Source: Paraspadella gotoi (Eukaryota; Animalia; Chaetognatha). From it: 64,000 nt of DNA. Below, piece after piece: positions 48,580 through 62,554 of the stretch (positions are counted from its first letter, which is position 1; every line of letters starts with the position of its first letter). The stretch spans positions 1,460,268-1,524,267 of the forward strand of contig CM119267.1 in the NCBI GenBank assembly GCA_051294375.1. Direction: 5' to 3'. The translations under genes were made by a program, and so were the position numbers. The notes under the pieces were generated by a model. That model was not told where the DNA came from. It did not search any database and was given only the letters and a program-made list of their open reading frames with translations.

Positions 48580-51500
48580 GAAGACGACGACGACGAAGAT
48601 GAAGACGACGACGACGAAGACGAAGACGAAAAGAAGAGAGATTCGCGTCTTCATCTTGGTGCTTCATCTTGTCGTCGTCTTCATCTTCTCGTCGTCGTCT
48701 TCATTTTCGTCGTCTTCATCTTCGTCGTCTCGTCATCTTCGTCGTCGTCCGTCTCATCTCTCGTCTTCGTCGTCGTCGTTTCAATCTTTTCGTCTGTCTT
48801 CGTCGTCGTCTTCGTCTTCGTCGTCGTCGTCTTCATCTTCGTCGTTTGTATTCCATCTTCATCGTCGTCTTCATCTTGTCGTCTTCTCGTCGTCGTCGTC
48901 TTCATCTTCTGTCGTCGTCGCTTCATTTTCGTCGTCTTCATCTTCGTCGTCTTCATCTCTCGTCGTCGTCGTCTCATTTTCGTTCGTCTTCATCTTTCGT
49001 CGTCTTCATCTTCGTCGTCGTCGTCTTCATCTTCGTCTTCGTCGTCGTCTTCGTCTTCGTCAGGTCGTCGTCATCTTCTTTTCGTCGTCTCACTTCGTCG
49101 TCTTCATTTCGTCTTCGTCGTCGTCTTCAATACTTCGTCTTCGTGNNNNNNNNNNNNNNNNNNNNNNNNNATCTTCGTCGTCGTCGTTCATCTCGTCGTC
49201 GTCTTCATCTTCGTCGTCGTCATTCATCTTCTCGTCGTCGTCTCATCTTCGTCGTCGTCGTCTTCATCTTTCGTCGTTTCGTCTTTCATCTTCGTCGTTC
49301 TTCGTCATTCATCTTCGTCGGTCGTCGTCCGGTCATCTTCGTCGTCGTTCATCATCTATCGTCGTCTTCATCATCTTCGTTCGTCGTCGTCATCATTCCG
49401 TCGGTCTGTCTCATCTTACGTCGTCGTCTGATCTCTCGTCGTCATCTTTCGTCGTCGGTCGTCAGTCTTCTGCTCGTCTCAATCATCTTCGTCGTGTCTT
49501 CATCATTCTTCGTTCGTCGTTCGTGTCATCTTCTCGTCGTCTACATCTCGTCGTCGTCGTCGTCTTCTTGCCGTCGTCGTCGTTCATCTTCGTCGTCGTA
49601 TTTCACTTCTTCGTCTTTCATCTTGTTCATCTTCGTTCTCGTCGTTCATCTGTCGCTCTGTCGTCTTCATCTCGTCATTCGTCAGTTCGTCTTCCATCTT
49701 CGATGATCGTCGTCATCTTCTTGTCTCATCATCGTCGTCGTCTCATGCAATGCTTCTCGTCGCGTCGTATCATCTTTCGTCGTCGTATCTTGGTATTCAT
49801 CTTCGTCGTCTTCAATCGTCTCTCAATCTTCGTCGGTCGTTCATCTCGTCGGCGTTCATTCCTCTTCTCGTATCTCGTCTTCGTCGTCACTCATCCTGCC
49901 ATCTTCGTACGTCGTCATCATTCTCTTCGTCGTCTTCAACCTCGGTCGTCTTCATCTGTCGTCGTCGTCTTCAATCTTCATCTCTCTTCTTGGCTCCTCT
50001 TCTCTTTAATCATAACGTGCGACGACGACGAAGATGAAGACGACGACGAAGATGAAGACCAAGATGAAGACGACGATGAAGATGAATACAACGACGAAGA
50101 TGAAGACGACGANNNNNNNNNNNNNNNNNNNNNNNNNACAGCGACAGATTGCTGACAGATGCTTTGTAGATGCAGGAAAGGTGTTGATAGTCGAGACCGG
50201 ATTCCAAGAGAATTAGGTCTTCTCGACGACATGTTCCAACCACGCCGACCTTCAGAGTCACCCTTTAGGATCACCACCCCCGTCGCTTCGATCAACACCT
50301 TCCCACGAACCCGTTAGCGAGGGTGTCGAAAATCCCGACGATGAAATCATCACTCCGCCTCCCTCTCTCCCGGTTTAAAACACCCCAGGGTTTTCGAGTT
50401 TGTCTACCTCCATTGGAGTGAATTTTTTGTCTCACGATCCGTTCTTTTCGTTTGTTTTCGTTGTTTCTTTGTTTAGTTTGTTTTTTCGGGTGGGAAAAAA
50501 TCATGGTATGAAAACTTTTTTTTGAGGGGAATTTGTTTTTTTTAATTTGGAATCTAGTTGGTGAGAGGAGAGAGAGAGAGAGAGAGAGAGAAGAGAGAGA
50601 GAGAAGACGAAGAGCAGAGAAGAGAGAGAGAGACGGTTTTCTGAACCTGTTCCCGAATTCTGTTGTTAATTTCGTGTCACAATTTTCACATTTTATTCAG
50701 TCTGTTTCCAGCGATAAGCTGACCCAGACTTTGGGCGCCAAGAAAAAATCAAGATGAAAAAGTTCATCTTCGTCGTCGTTCGTCATCTTTCGTTTCGTCG
50801 GTCAATCATCTTTCGTCGTCGTCATCATCTTCGTCGTCGTCATCAATCTTTCGTCGTCTCGTCATCTGTCGTCGTCGTCGTTCATCTTCGTCCGTCTCTC
50901 ATCTTCGTTGTCGCTTCATCTTCGTCGTCTCTCATCTTCTCGTTGTCATCTCTCGTCTCGAATCGCATCGTCGTCGTCTCTCAATCTTCGTCGTCGTCGT
51001 CTCATCTTCATCTTCGCGCTCATTTCGTCGTCGTCGTCATCTTGTCCTCGTCTTCAATCTTCGTCAGTCTCGTTCATCTTCTGGTCGTCGTCATCTCGGG
51101 TCGTCGTCGCTCATCTTCGTCGTCGGTATCATTTTGCTCGTCCTTATCTTTCGTCGTCTTCACTCTCTTGATTATCTTCAGTCGTCGCTCATTTTCATCT
51201 TCGTCGTCGTCATCATCTCGTCGTCGTTGCATCCAATCTTCGTCGTACTCGTCATCTTCGTTCGTCATCAATCTTCGTCATCACTCGTCGTCGTCTTTCA
51301 TCTTCTCCGTTCTTCGTTTCGTCGGTCTTTCATCTTCGTCGTCTTTCGTCGTTCGTCTCGTCTTGCGTCGTCGTCGTCAATCTTCGTCGTCGTCTTCTCG
51401 TCGTTCATGTCTTATCTGTCGTCTCATCATTCTCTCAGTTCCGCCTTCGTCGTCTCTTTCGTCGTCGTTTCATCTCTCGGTCGTCGTCATCTTTCATCTT

Positions 51501-54500
51501 CGTCGTCGTCGTCATCTCGTCACGTGTCGTCATCATCTTCGTTCGTCGTCGTTTCATCTTCGTCGTCTCGTCTCGTCTTCGCTCGTGCTCGTCTTCATCT
51601 TCGTCGTTGTGATTCATCTTCTCCGCGTCTTCACTGGTTCATCTTCGTCGTCATCTCATCTTCGTCTCGTCGTTCATCTTCGTCTTCGTCAGCGTTCATC
51701 TTCGGCTCGTCGTCGTCATGTCTTCGTCGTCGTCGTCCTTGCAATGCTTTCCGTCCGTCGTATCGATCTTCTACGTCGTCATCATCTTCGGTCTCTCATC
51801 TTGTCTGTTCGTCTCGTCTTCTTGTCGTCTCCTCAATCTTCGTCGTCGTTCATCTCGTCGTTCGTCGTCGTCTTCATCTTCGTCTTCGTCGTATCCTCGT
51901 CTTCGGTCGTCGTCTCATACTTCGTCGTCCTTCTAGGTCGTCTTATCTTCGTCGTCTTCAATCCTTGGTCGTTCATCTTCGTCGTCGTCGTCTCAATCTT
52001 CGTTCGTCTCTCATTTGTTCCTGTCTTCGTCGTCGTCGTCATCTTTCGTCGTCGTCGTTCATCTTCGTCTGTCGTCATCTTCGTCGTCGTCGGTCATCTT
52101 CGTCGTCTCATCATTCTTCGTCGTCGTCGTCATCTTTCGTCGTCGTCATCATCTTCGTCCTCGTCATTCATCTCGTCGTTCGTCATCATCTCGTCGTCGT
52201 CATCATCTTCGTCGTCGTCGTCATCTTCGTCGTCGTCCATTCTTCTTCGTCGTTCTTCATATCGTTCGTCGTCGTCATCATCTTCGTCGTCGGTCGTCAT
52301 CTTCGTCGTCGTCGTCATCTTCGTCGTCGTTCCATCATCTTCGTCATCGTCGTCATCCGTCGTCAGTCATTTCGTCGTCGTCATCATCTTCGTCGTCGTC
52401 GTTCATCTATCGTCAGTCGTCATCATCTTCGTCGTCGTCATCATCTTCGTCGCGTCATCATCTTTTCTCGTTCGTCGTCATCTTCGTCTCGTGTCAATCT
52501 TCGTCGTACTTCATCATCTTCGTGGTCGTTCGTCATCTTCGTCGCGTCATCATCAATCTTCGTCGTCGTCATCATCTTCGTGCGTCGTCGTCATCTTCGT
52601 CGTTCGTCATCATCTTTCGTGTCGTCATCATCTTCGTCGTCGTCATCATCTTTCGTCGTCGGTCGTCAAATCTTGGCGTTTCGTCGTTCATCTTGTTCGT
52701 CTTCATTCATCTTCGTTCGTCGGGTCGTCAATCTTCGTCGGTCATCTATCATCTTCGTCGTTCGTCATCCATCTTCGGTCGTTCGTTCGTCATCTTCGTC
52801 GTCGTCATTCATCTTCGTCCTCTCATCATCTTCGTCGTCGCTCTCATCTTCGTCGTCTCATTCATTCTTCGTCGTCGTCGTCATCTTCGTCCTCGTCACA
52901 TCATCTTTCGCGTCGTTCGTCATCTTCAGTGTCGTCGTCATCTTCGTCGTCGTCTCATCTTCGTCGTCGTCATTCATCTTCGTCGTCGTTCATCATCTCG
53001 TCGTCGTCATCAATCTTCGTCGTCGTCATCATCTTACGTCGTCTTCATCATCTTTCGTCGTCGTCGTCATCTCTCCTCGGTCATCATCTTCGTTCGTCAT
53101 TCATCATCTTCGTCGTCGTTCGTCATCTTCGTTAAATGTCGTCGTTTCGTCGTCGTCGCTCGTCGTCATCTTCGTCGCGTTCGCATCATCTTCGTCGTCC
53201 GTCGTCATCTTCGTCGTCGTCGTCATCTTCGTCGTCGTTTCATCATCTTCGTCGTCGTCGTCATTACTTCGTCGTCGTCGTTCATCTTCGTTCGTTCGTC
53301 GATCATCTTCGCGTGTTCGTCATCTTCGTCGTCCGTTTCATATCTTCGTCGTCGTCATCATCTTCGTCGCTCGTTCATTCATTCTTCGTCGTCTCAATCA
53401 TCTTCGTCGTCGTTCGTCGTCATCTTCGGTCCTCGTTCATCATCTTCGTCGTCATCAATTCATCTTCGTCTCGTCGTCGTCATCTTCGTCGTCGTCGTCA
53501 TCTTCGTTCGTCATCAATTCATTTTCGCTTCGTCGTCATCATCTTCGTCGTCGTTCGTCGATCATCTTCGTCGTCACATCATCTTCGTCGTCGGCGTTCA
53601 TCTTCTGTCGTCGTCGTCATCTTTGTCGTCGTTCATCATCTTCGTCGTCTCATCATCTTCGTCGTCATCTTCGTTTCGTCGTCCGTCATCTTTCGTCGTC
53701 GTCATTCATCTTTCGGTCGTCTCATTCATCTTCGTCGTCGCTCGGTCATTCTTCGTCGTCGTCGGTCATCTTCGTTCGGTCGTCGTCATCTTCGTCGTCG
53801 TCGTTTCATCTTCGTCGTCGTCGTTCATCTTCGTCGTCGTCGTCATCTCGTCGTCGTCATCGTTCGTCGTCTCTTCGTCGTCGTCGTCATCTTCGTCGTC
53901 GTCCATCATCTTCGTCGTCGTCGTCATCTCGTCGTCGTTCATCATCTTCGTCCTCGTCATCATTCTTCGTCGTTCATCATCATCTTCGTCGTCAGTCGCA
54001 TCTTCGTTCGTCTGTCATCGTCGTCGTCATCTTTCGTCGTCGTCGTCATCGTCGTTCGTCCGTCGTCATCTTGCGTCGTCATCATCCTTCGTCGTCGTCG
54101 TCATCTTCGTTCGTCGTCATTTCAGTCTTCGTCGTACTTCATCATCTTCGTCGTCATTCTTCGTCGTCTTCATCTCGTGTCATCTTCGGTCTGTTCATTC
54201 GTCGTCGTCTATTCATCTTCGTCGTCGTCTTCATCATCTTGTCGTCGTCGTCGTCTTTGTCATCTTCGTCGTCGTCATCATCTTCGTCGTCTTCCATCAT
54301 CTTCGTCGTCGTCGTCATCTGTCGTTCGTCTTCATCTTTTCGTCGTTTCGTCATCATTCTCGTCGTCGTCGTCATCTTCGTCCTCGTCATCATCTTCGTC
54401 GTCATCTCATCTTCGTCTTCATCTTCGTCGTCGTCGTTCATCTTTCGTCGTCTGTCATCTTCGTCGTCTCTCATCTTCGTCGTCTTCATTCATCTTTCGT

Positions 54501-55605
54501 CGTCGTCGTCATCTTCGTCGTCGTCGTCTCTCGTCGTCTCTTCATCATCTTCGTCGTTCGTCGTCGTCATCTTCGTCTGTCGTCATCTTCGTCGTCGTCT
54601 CATCTTCGTCGTCGTCATCGATCTGTCGTTCGTTCTTCATTTTCGTCGTGTCGCATCTTCGATCGTCGTCATCTCGTTCGTCGTCATCTTCGATTCGTCT
54701 GTCATTCTCTTCGTCGTCTTCTATCATCTGTCGTCGTCATTTCGTCGTCTTCATCATCTCGTCGTCGTCGTCTCATCTTCGTCGTCGTCTCTACTTCGTC
54801 GTCTTCATTCTCTTCGTCGTCGTTCGTCATCTGTCGTCGTCGTCTCATCTTCGTCGTCGTTCATCTCTTCGTCGTCGTCGTCTATCTTCGTTCGTCGTTC
54901 TATCTTCGTCGTCGTTCATCTTCGTCGTCGTCGTCATCTTCGTCGTCGTCATCTTCGTCGTCGTCATCTTCTTCGTTCGTCTCGTCATCTTCGTCGTCGT
55001 CGTCATCTCGTCGTCGTCTCATTCGTCCGTCTTCATCTTCGTCGTCTTTCTATCTTCGTCGTTTCGTCTCATCTTCGTGTCCGTCGTCTCATCTTCGTCG
55101 TCGTCTTCATCACTTCGTCGTCGTCGTCTCATCTTCGTTCGTCGTCATCTTCGTCGTCGTCTCATTCTTCGTCCGTCGTCGTCATCTTCGTCTCGTCGTT
55201 CTTCATCTTCGTCGTCGTCTCATCTTCGTCGTCGTCATCTATCTTCGATCGTCTTTTCATTTCATCGTTCGTCGTCGTCATCATCTTTCGTCGTCGTCAT
55301 CATCTTCGGTCCTCGTTCATCATCTTCGTGCGTCGTCATCATCTTCGTCGTTCGTCGTCATCTTCGTCTCGTCATCATCTTCGTCGGTCTGTTGTTCATT
55401 TCTTCGTTCTCGTCAATCTTCGTCGTCAGTCATCATCTTTCGGTCGTCGTCGTCAATTCTTCGTCGTTCGTCATCTTCGTCGGCGTCATCTTCCGTCGTC
55501 GTCGTCTTCTTCGTCGTCCGTCATCATCTTCTGTTCGTCATTCAATCTTCGTCGCGAAGATGAAGACGACGAAGATGAAGACGACAACGAAGATGAAGAC
55601 GAGTA
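48580..55605. repeat. Large (GTC)n-derived ~21-bp minisatellite (ATCTTCGTCGTCGTCGTCTTC-like), very noisy, interrupted at ~50113-50760
   Basis: Continuous TCGTCG/TCATCT motifs; orientation flips near 48640, 50020 and 55555; the plus strand almost lacks stop codons, producing spurious 500-1500 aa ORFs. Confidence 0.95.
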
Positions 55606-56236
55606 GTCCAAGATTCTGCGACAACAACAACAACAGAATAATCGACAAGGACAAGAAAAATATCGATGAGGAAACTGACGACGACGACGACAAGAAAGAG
55701 ACAACTAGTATAACGATGATTAATATGTTTCTTCATCAACAACAACAACAACAAAAACAACAACAACAACAACTCCATTCGAGGTCATTCAATTCCGATT
55801 TTCGATTTAATCTTTTTCCATCAATAAGTAGGGACGTCTGGCGTGAAGCGTCCGAGATAAAAATTAGCGAATAAAAAAGTTATTTTACTCACTGAATAAA
55901 AATACTTAAAATGCTTACAAAATACATAAAATTGATAAAATTATTATTGCGAAAACATTGTTCAATCACATGCACTATATCTAGTGCTTTTTCCATTGAA
56001 ATCTATAGATATTAACTAAAAATATTAGAATTAATTTTTCTTTTTGATATAATAAGAGAACCATACTTCCGTCACTTGATGTCGTCAGGTTAATAGTAAA
56101 TATGCGTTTGAGGATTCCAAATCTGTTTTTAAAATTGACCTATGTAGACGCGCATAGACGCGATATGCCTTGAAAGCAAGTTGTTTGGTTTGGTTCCACC
56201 TAAATTTTTAGCTTCGGCCGAGTCAATTGGTAATAA

Positions 56237-57467
56237 AACAAGTTTGAGCAAACAATGTCGGATCTGCCTACAATAATTAAGCGGTAATCTGCTAATCAGA
56301 TAATAAATCACAATATTTTGTTAAATTTTTTTCAACTCGCGTCATTTTTTCCACGCACATAATTTTTTCAACTCATCAATTTTTCAATTTACATCATTTT
56401 TACAATTTGCATCATTTTTGTAACTCGCATAATTTTTTTCACGCACATAATTTTTTAAACTCATCATTTTTTCAATTTACATCATTTTTACAATTCGCAT
56501 CATTTTTTCAACTTGCATAATTTTTTCAACTTGCATATTTTTTTCAACTTGCATAATTTTTTCAACTTTTTTCAAATTAATTAATTAATTAATTAATTAA
56601 TTAATTAAAACATTTAATAGTAATCATAAATAAAAAAGATTAAAGTAAATGTGACTTATGTTTTTTCCATTTAAACTCATTTTCACTCGCACGATTCCAT
56701 CAAAACTTTATATCCAGCTTTATCTCACACTGTCCTACCCACACACAAAATTTCATTCCAATCTAACCAGCCAATCACGAGTTATTGCAGCTTTTTGATA
56801 AGATGGGACGGATGGACGGATTGATTGACTAATTTATTTAATTATTGATTAATTAATTGACTAATTGATTAATTAACTGAATAATTATTTGATTTATTAA
56901 TACATCATTCATTTACATTTAATATAAAAGGAAAAAGAAGCATAATCTATTAGTGAAACAGGTTTTTTGTTTTTTTTCATTTAAACTCATTTCCACTCAA
57001 ACGATTCCATCGAAACTTGATTTCCAGCTCAATCACACACATTCCTACCCAAATACAAAATTTCAAGTCAATCGCCCTATTAACTCTTGAGTAATTGGTG
57101 TTCAAATAGTGAAATTTTTTTTTCCATTTAAACTCATTACCACTCGGACGATTCCATCGAAACTTCATATACAGCTCAATCACACACTTCCCTACCCACA
57201 CACAAACTTTCATTCCAATCCATCCATGCAATCACGAGTAATTGGTGTTTTTTGCTAAGGTGGGACAGACGGACGGACGGACGGACGGACAGACGGACAG
57301 ACGGACAGACAGACGGATGAATGGACATCATTTTTTTGGTATAATATATAATAATTCTATGTTCTGACATGATATAAGTTAGTGCCCGACAATATTGAGG
57401 GGGCGGACCGACGGACCGACAAAGTGAATTATAAAGTCGGGATCTGCTGACAAGCAGATCCTACTAA
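56237..57467 (-). mobile_element. HINE/DINE-1-like element, complete copy
   Basis: AACAAGTTTGAGCAAACAATGTCGGATCTGCC at the left end and GGGATCTGCTGACAAGCAGATCCTACTAA at the right; (GGAC)n tracts, ~130-bp repeats and an 18-bp subrepeat array at ~56330-56570. Confidence 0.8.
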
Positions 57468-58332
57468 AAATTGATTTTCTTTAATATCTTTTCCATATAA
57501 TTTTTTTTAAATGTTTCAAAGGATTTTTTTAAAATCTTGATCGGAATCTTAGTCAAAAGTATAACAACTTTTGAAATTAAATTAAACACATTTGGTCACA
57601 TTTAAAAAAATAAATAAATATATTTTCTGAAAGAGAAAAGATTGAATTATATTTCTGATATAAACAAAAATTTTCTATACGTAAAATGTTTATATAATTA
57701 CTAAGGATAATGATTATCATTTTGTTGAAAAAAAAATTAAAAAATTCTTGTAGGAACCTTAACAAAACATATGATTTAAATATGATAATTTAGGAGTTCA
57801 AACTTTGTTCCCCCTGATTTAAAAACTACTGACATAGGGCTAAAAGACTATATTATCAGATTTTAAAATTTTAAGTTTTAGCTGTGTCAACGAGGCCTGG
57901 CAGAAAAAAATTATCACAATTTTTTTTTCTTATGTCATTATGCTATTATAAAATAATTTTAATGCATCATGTGAGGTATCATACAAAAGCTAACGATGTC
58001 TGCTACATGACAGCACGTGAAAAAAAATTTTCTTAATAAAAATAAAAAATTACCAGACTACCCTACAATAAGGCGCTTAAAGGGAAAAAAATGGCAGAAA
58101 AGGGGAAAAAGGCGAGAAGCTTAAAGGGAGAAAAAGGGCACAAAAAGGGAAAAAGGTGCAAAGCGCATAGTTTCATAAAAAAGTCAAAAAGACTAAATTT
58201 CACGAAATAATAAAATGCTGCTTTTCATAATTTTTTTTTTGCTGAGTCCTGTAATGACCAACATCAGTCAAGTCATCACGAAAAAAAATCACAAAAAGTG
58301 ATCAGGAAAAATTGCCGAGGCAGATGGCAATG

Positions 58333-58386
<54 letters not shown>

Positions 58387-58729
58387 AAAAGACTACGAAA
58401 TTTTTATAATTTTGATTAATAATGGGTCGCCCCGGTTTTTTAATTAAATGAATTGGGGAAGGAGATAAAATCTAATGGACCCCCCCCGAATGAATCTCTA
58501 CAATTCGTTTCTCTCTCTCTCACTCTCACTCTCTCTCACTCTCACTCTCTCTCTCTCTCTCTCTCTCTCGCTCTCTCTATCTCTCTCTCTCACTCAAGCT
58601 CTCAGCAAAAAAGCGGCAAAGATAAAAACCGAGGAAAGGGAATCTTTTGCCGAAAACTAAAGACACGGCAGTTTTAACGGGAGGAAGTTTGCAAAAAAAC
58701 TTATAAAGAAATTTGAAAAGGGTTAGATT

Positions 58730-60235
58730 TTTAGTCGGATCTGCTTATCAGCAGAATCTATAATTCACTTTGTCGGTCCGTCGGTCCGCCCCTTCTATCT
58801 TGTCGGGCATTCACTTATATCATGTCAGAACACCGAATTATGATAAATTATGCACAAAAAAAACGATGCCCATCCGTCCGTCTGTCTGTCTGTCCGTCCG
58901 TCCGTCCCACCAATTAATTAATTAACTTGATCCGAAAGTTGACTGATTAATTAATAATTGATTAATTAATTGATGAATGGATTAATTAACTGATTAATTA
59001 TTTGATTAATTTATGCATCTTGCATTTACATTTATTATAAAAATAAAAAGAAGCATAATCAATTTGTGAAACAGGTTTTTTGTTTTTTTCATTTAAACTC
59101 ATTTCCACTCAAACGATTCCATCAAAACTTGATTTTCAGATTTCCTACCCACATACAAAATTTCAGGTCAATTGCCCCATCCACTCATGAGTAATTGGTG
59201 TTCAAATATTGAAATATATTTTTCGGTTTTTTCCATTTAAACTCATTTCCACTCGGACGATTCCATCGAAACTTCATAACCAGCTCAATCACACACTTCC
59301 CTAACCACATAAAAAATTTCCTTCCAATCCATTCATTCAATCACCAGTAATTGGTGTTTTTTTTTAAGGTAGGAAGGACGGACAGACGGATGGATGGACG
59401 GATACACAGACAGACAGACAGACGAACAGATGGACATCGTTTTTTTTTAATAATTTATCATAATTCGATGTTCTGACATTAAATAAGTTAATGCCCGACA
59501 AGATTGAGGGACCAACAAAGTCAATTAAAAATGATGTCTGTCCATCTGTCTGTCTGTCTGTCTGTCCATCCCACCTTAGCAAAAAACTGCGATTACTTGT
59601 GATTGGATGGATGGATTAGAATAAAATTTCGTGTGTGGGTGGGGAAGTGTGTGCTTGAGCTGGATATAAAGTTTCGATGGAATCGTGCGAGTGGAAATGA
59701 GTTTAAATGGAAAAAACAACAAAATCTATTTCACTATTTGAACGCCAATTAATCATGAGTGGAAGGGGCGATTGACTTGAAATTTTGTATGTGGGTAGCA
59801 AAGTGTGTGATTATGCCGGGAATCAAGTTTCGATAGAATTGTCCAAGTGAAAATGAGTTTAAATGAAAAAAAACCTGTTTTACTAATTGATTATGCTTCT
59901 TTTTAATTTTATATTATTATTATTATTATTATTATTATTGATTAATCAAACAATTAATTAGTTAATCAATAATTAATTAATCGGAAAATTAATCAATCAA
60001 ATAAAATTCAATCAATTGATTTGTTTATCAATTAATTAATTATTTAATCAATCAATCAATCAATAAAACAATCAATCAAGTCAATCGTTATTGGCATAAT
60101 TTTTGTCGTCGCCATCATCGTCGTCGTTGCTTTTGTCAGTTACAAAAAGACCCAAAAATAAATAATAAACTAAATTATTTATTAATTACCGATAATGATC
60201 GAGGGCAGATCCGACATTGTTTGCTTAAACTTGTT
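58730..60235 (+). mobile_element. HINE/DINE-1-like element containing an inverted fragment of the same family
   Basis: Same 5' and 3' termini as 41219-42015; ~58912-59520 is family sequence in the opposite orientation. Confidence 0.72.
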
Positions 60236-61248
60236 TTCAATTAAAGTAATGTTTTTCTCTCGCTCGCTCTCTCTCTTTCTGTTGGAATACTTTTGACATT
60301 ATGATTAAATTTAGTAGTCACTTGTTTTCTCTATAACATTTCTATATTACTTACTAATTTTATGTGCTGCCATCTTGAAATGAGTTTTGTAATTATTTGT
60401 AAGAAACAAAAGTCACATCCCTATATAAAAGTCAGCTTCACTTGTTTAAGTCACTGAGGTTTGATATCTCCTGGCTAAAAGGAAGTAAGTATTTGTCTTG
60501 TAAAAAATGATTATTTTTCTTTAAAGAATAAGTTTCTAATAAATTGTTATTTTTATTTTCTAGTGCTTATACTCCTTGCAAATAATGGAAACTACAATGC
60601 AATCTGCTTTAAATTTGTTATTGTCTTCTACTGTCTACATAAATATGAACTTAAGTAATAAAACGATTTAAACCTTAAAATGGAGTTAACTAAATTCCTT
60701 GAAATGCCAATTAAACAAACTCGAATAGAACAACCTCAGTTAAAGAGTAATATAACGTTTAATATCTCGTCAACTAACCCTCGAAACGTCCGTTACTCGA
60801 TCACTTTCTCTCTCTCTCTTTCTCTCTCTCTCTCTGACTCCTCTCTCTCCGTCTTTCACTCTGTAGGTTTCCCTCTTCTTCTCTTCTTATTTGTAGTCTG
60901 TTAATTATCCGTTTTGATTAAAATTTATATTACTGAAGGAAAGATAAAGTCGTTGTCTCTATTATTATTATGATTAATTTATTTTTCAAATCTTTTGGTC
61001 GAAAACGAGATCCCCTTGCGTCCTGACACCAAAAACAAGAAAAGCGTTTTAGACAAAAGAAGATAAATCTTTAGATGGCAAGAGAGAGAGAGAGAGAAAG
61101 GGAGTACGAGAGAAAGGGGGGGAGGGAAATACAGAGAGAGAGATAAAAACAGAGAGAGCGCCATTATGTGCTTCTTTGAGTAATTTTTCTTTATGAAAAA
61201 AAATTAAAGACTAAAATTTCTCGTTTTCACATTTATTTTTTAACTTTG

Positions 61249-61987
61249 TTAGTCGGATCTGCTTTCAGCAGATCCCGGCTCTATAATTCACTTTGTCGGT
61301 CCGTCGGTCCGCCCCCTCAATCTTATCGGGCATTAACTTACATCATGTCAGAACATTGAATTATGATAAATTAGGCCAAAAAAAATGATGTCCGTCCATC
61401 CGTCCGTCCGTCTGTCCCACCTTAGCAAAAAGCTCCAATAACTCGTGGTTGGATTGGAATAAAATTTTGTGTGTGTGATGAAGCTAAATATAAAGTTTCG
61501 ATGGAATCGTGTGAGTGGAAATGAGTTTAATTGGAAAAAATATAAGTTGCATCTATTAAAATCTATTGACTTATTTTAACCAATAATTACTCTAATTGGA
61601 TGGATAGATTGAGTTTAAATTTTTGTGTGTGGGTAGGAAAGTATGTGACAAAGCTTGATATAAAGTTTTGGTGGAATTGTGCAAGTGGAAATCAGTTTAA
61701 ATGGAAATGTTTTAATTAATTAATTAATGTAAAAAAGATGCAATTTAAAAAAATTATGCAGGTTGTAAAAATGATGCAAGTTGAAAAAATTATGCAAGTT
61801 AAAAAAAGTATGCAAGTTGAAAAAATGATGCGAATTGTAAAAATGATGCGAGTTAAAAAAATGATGCGAGTTAAAAAAAATGATGCGAGTTCAAAAAAAT
61901 TTAAAAAAATATTGTTATTTATCATCTGATTAGCTGATTACCGCTTAATTATTGTAGGCAGATCCGACATTGTTTGCTCAAATTTGT
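61249..61987 (+). mobile_element. HINE/DINE-1-like element, complete copy
   Basis: TTAGTCGGATCTGCTTTCAGCAGATCCC ... GGCAGATCCGACATTGTTTGCTCAAATTTGTT; 18-bp subrepeats at ~61735-61895. Confidence 0.8.
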
Positions 61988-62081
61988 TTTTTTTCAAATT
62001 GCGATTCATCTTGCTGATGAATCCAATGCCCCTGATTTTTTTTATTGCTCCCTAATCTGCCAAAACGCAAAGACTTTATTT

Positions 62082-62202
62082 GATGACCTTGCGAGTTGAC
62101 CTTGAGTTGACCTTGCGAGTTGACCTTGAGTAGACCTTGCGAGTTGACCTTGAGTTGACATTGCGAGTTGACCTTGAGTTGACCTTGCGAGTTGACCGTG
62201 AG
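62082..62202. repeat. 24-bp (13+11) tandem repeat GTTGACCTTGCGA-GTTGACCTTGA
   Basis: Direct inspection, ~5 units. Confidence 0.9.
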
Positions 62203-62428
62203 CAAAGACAAACTCTTTTATTTTGGCACCAGAATTGATTTCTATTCTAATACCAAACCATTTAGGCATAAGTATGGTAGGTCGTAAAATCATACATACA
62301 ATTAAATAAACCTAAGTCTTCGTTTATAGTTATCCCATCTGTAATAACCTCCTGGTTCGTCTTTCGCCATCTCTCATCGCATCTATTATCCCATCTGTTC
62401 CCCCTTTCCGCATCCCTTTCCTTCTCAG

Positions 62429-62554
62429 ATGTCAGTGGACAACCTTCATACAAAAACTCCAACTGGTCGTCGTATCTCGACCAAAATGTTCGTCGCTCAA
62501 ATCAGTTTACAAAGAAAAAGACGCAGTCACTCTCGCTTGCGATGTCACGACCAA

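Noticed and set aside
50159-50216. Alternative exon 3 of the Ig gene (CAG|A TGC TTT GTA..., giving YKCFVDAGKVLIVETGFQEN*)
   Set aside because: No polypyrimidine tract and an early stop; 62429-62557 has a strong acceptor and a much better Ig continuation.
50754-55874. Very long ORFs (793-1490 aa) rich in S/R/V/F/H
   Set aside because: All three frames are open because the (GTC/ATC/TTC) repeat lacks stop codons on this strand; no domain content.
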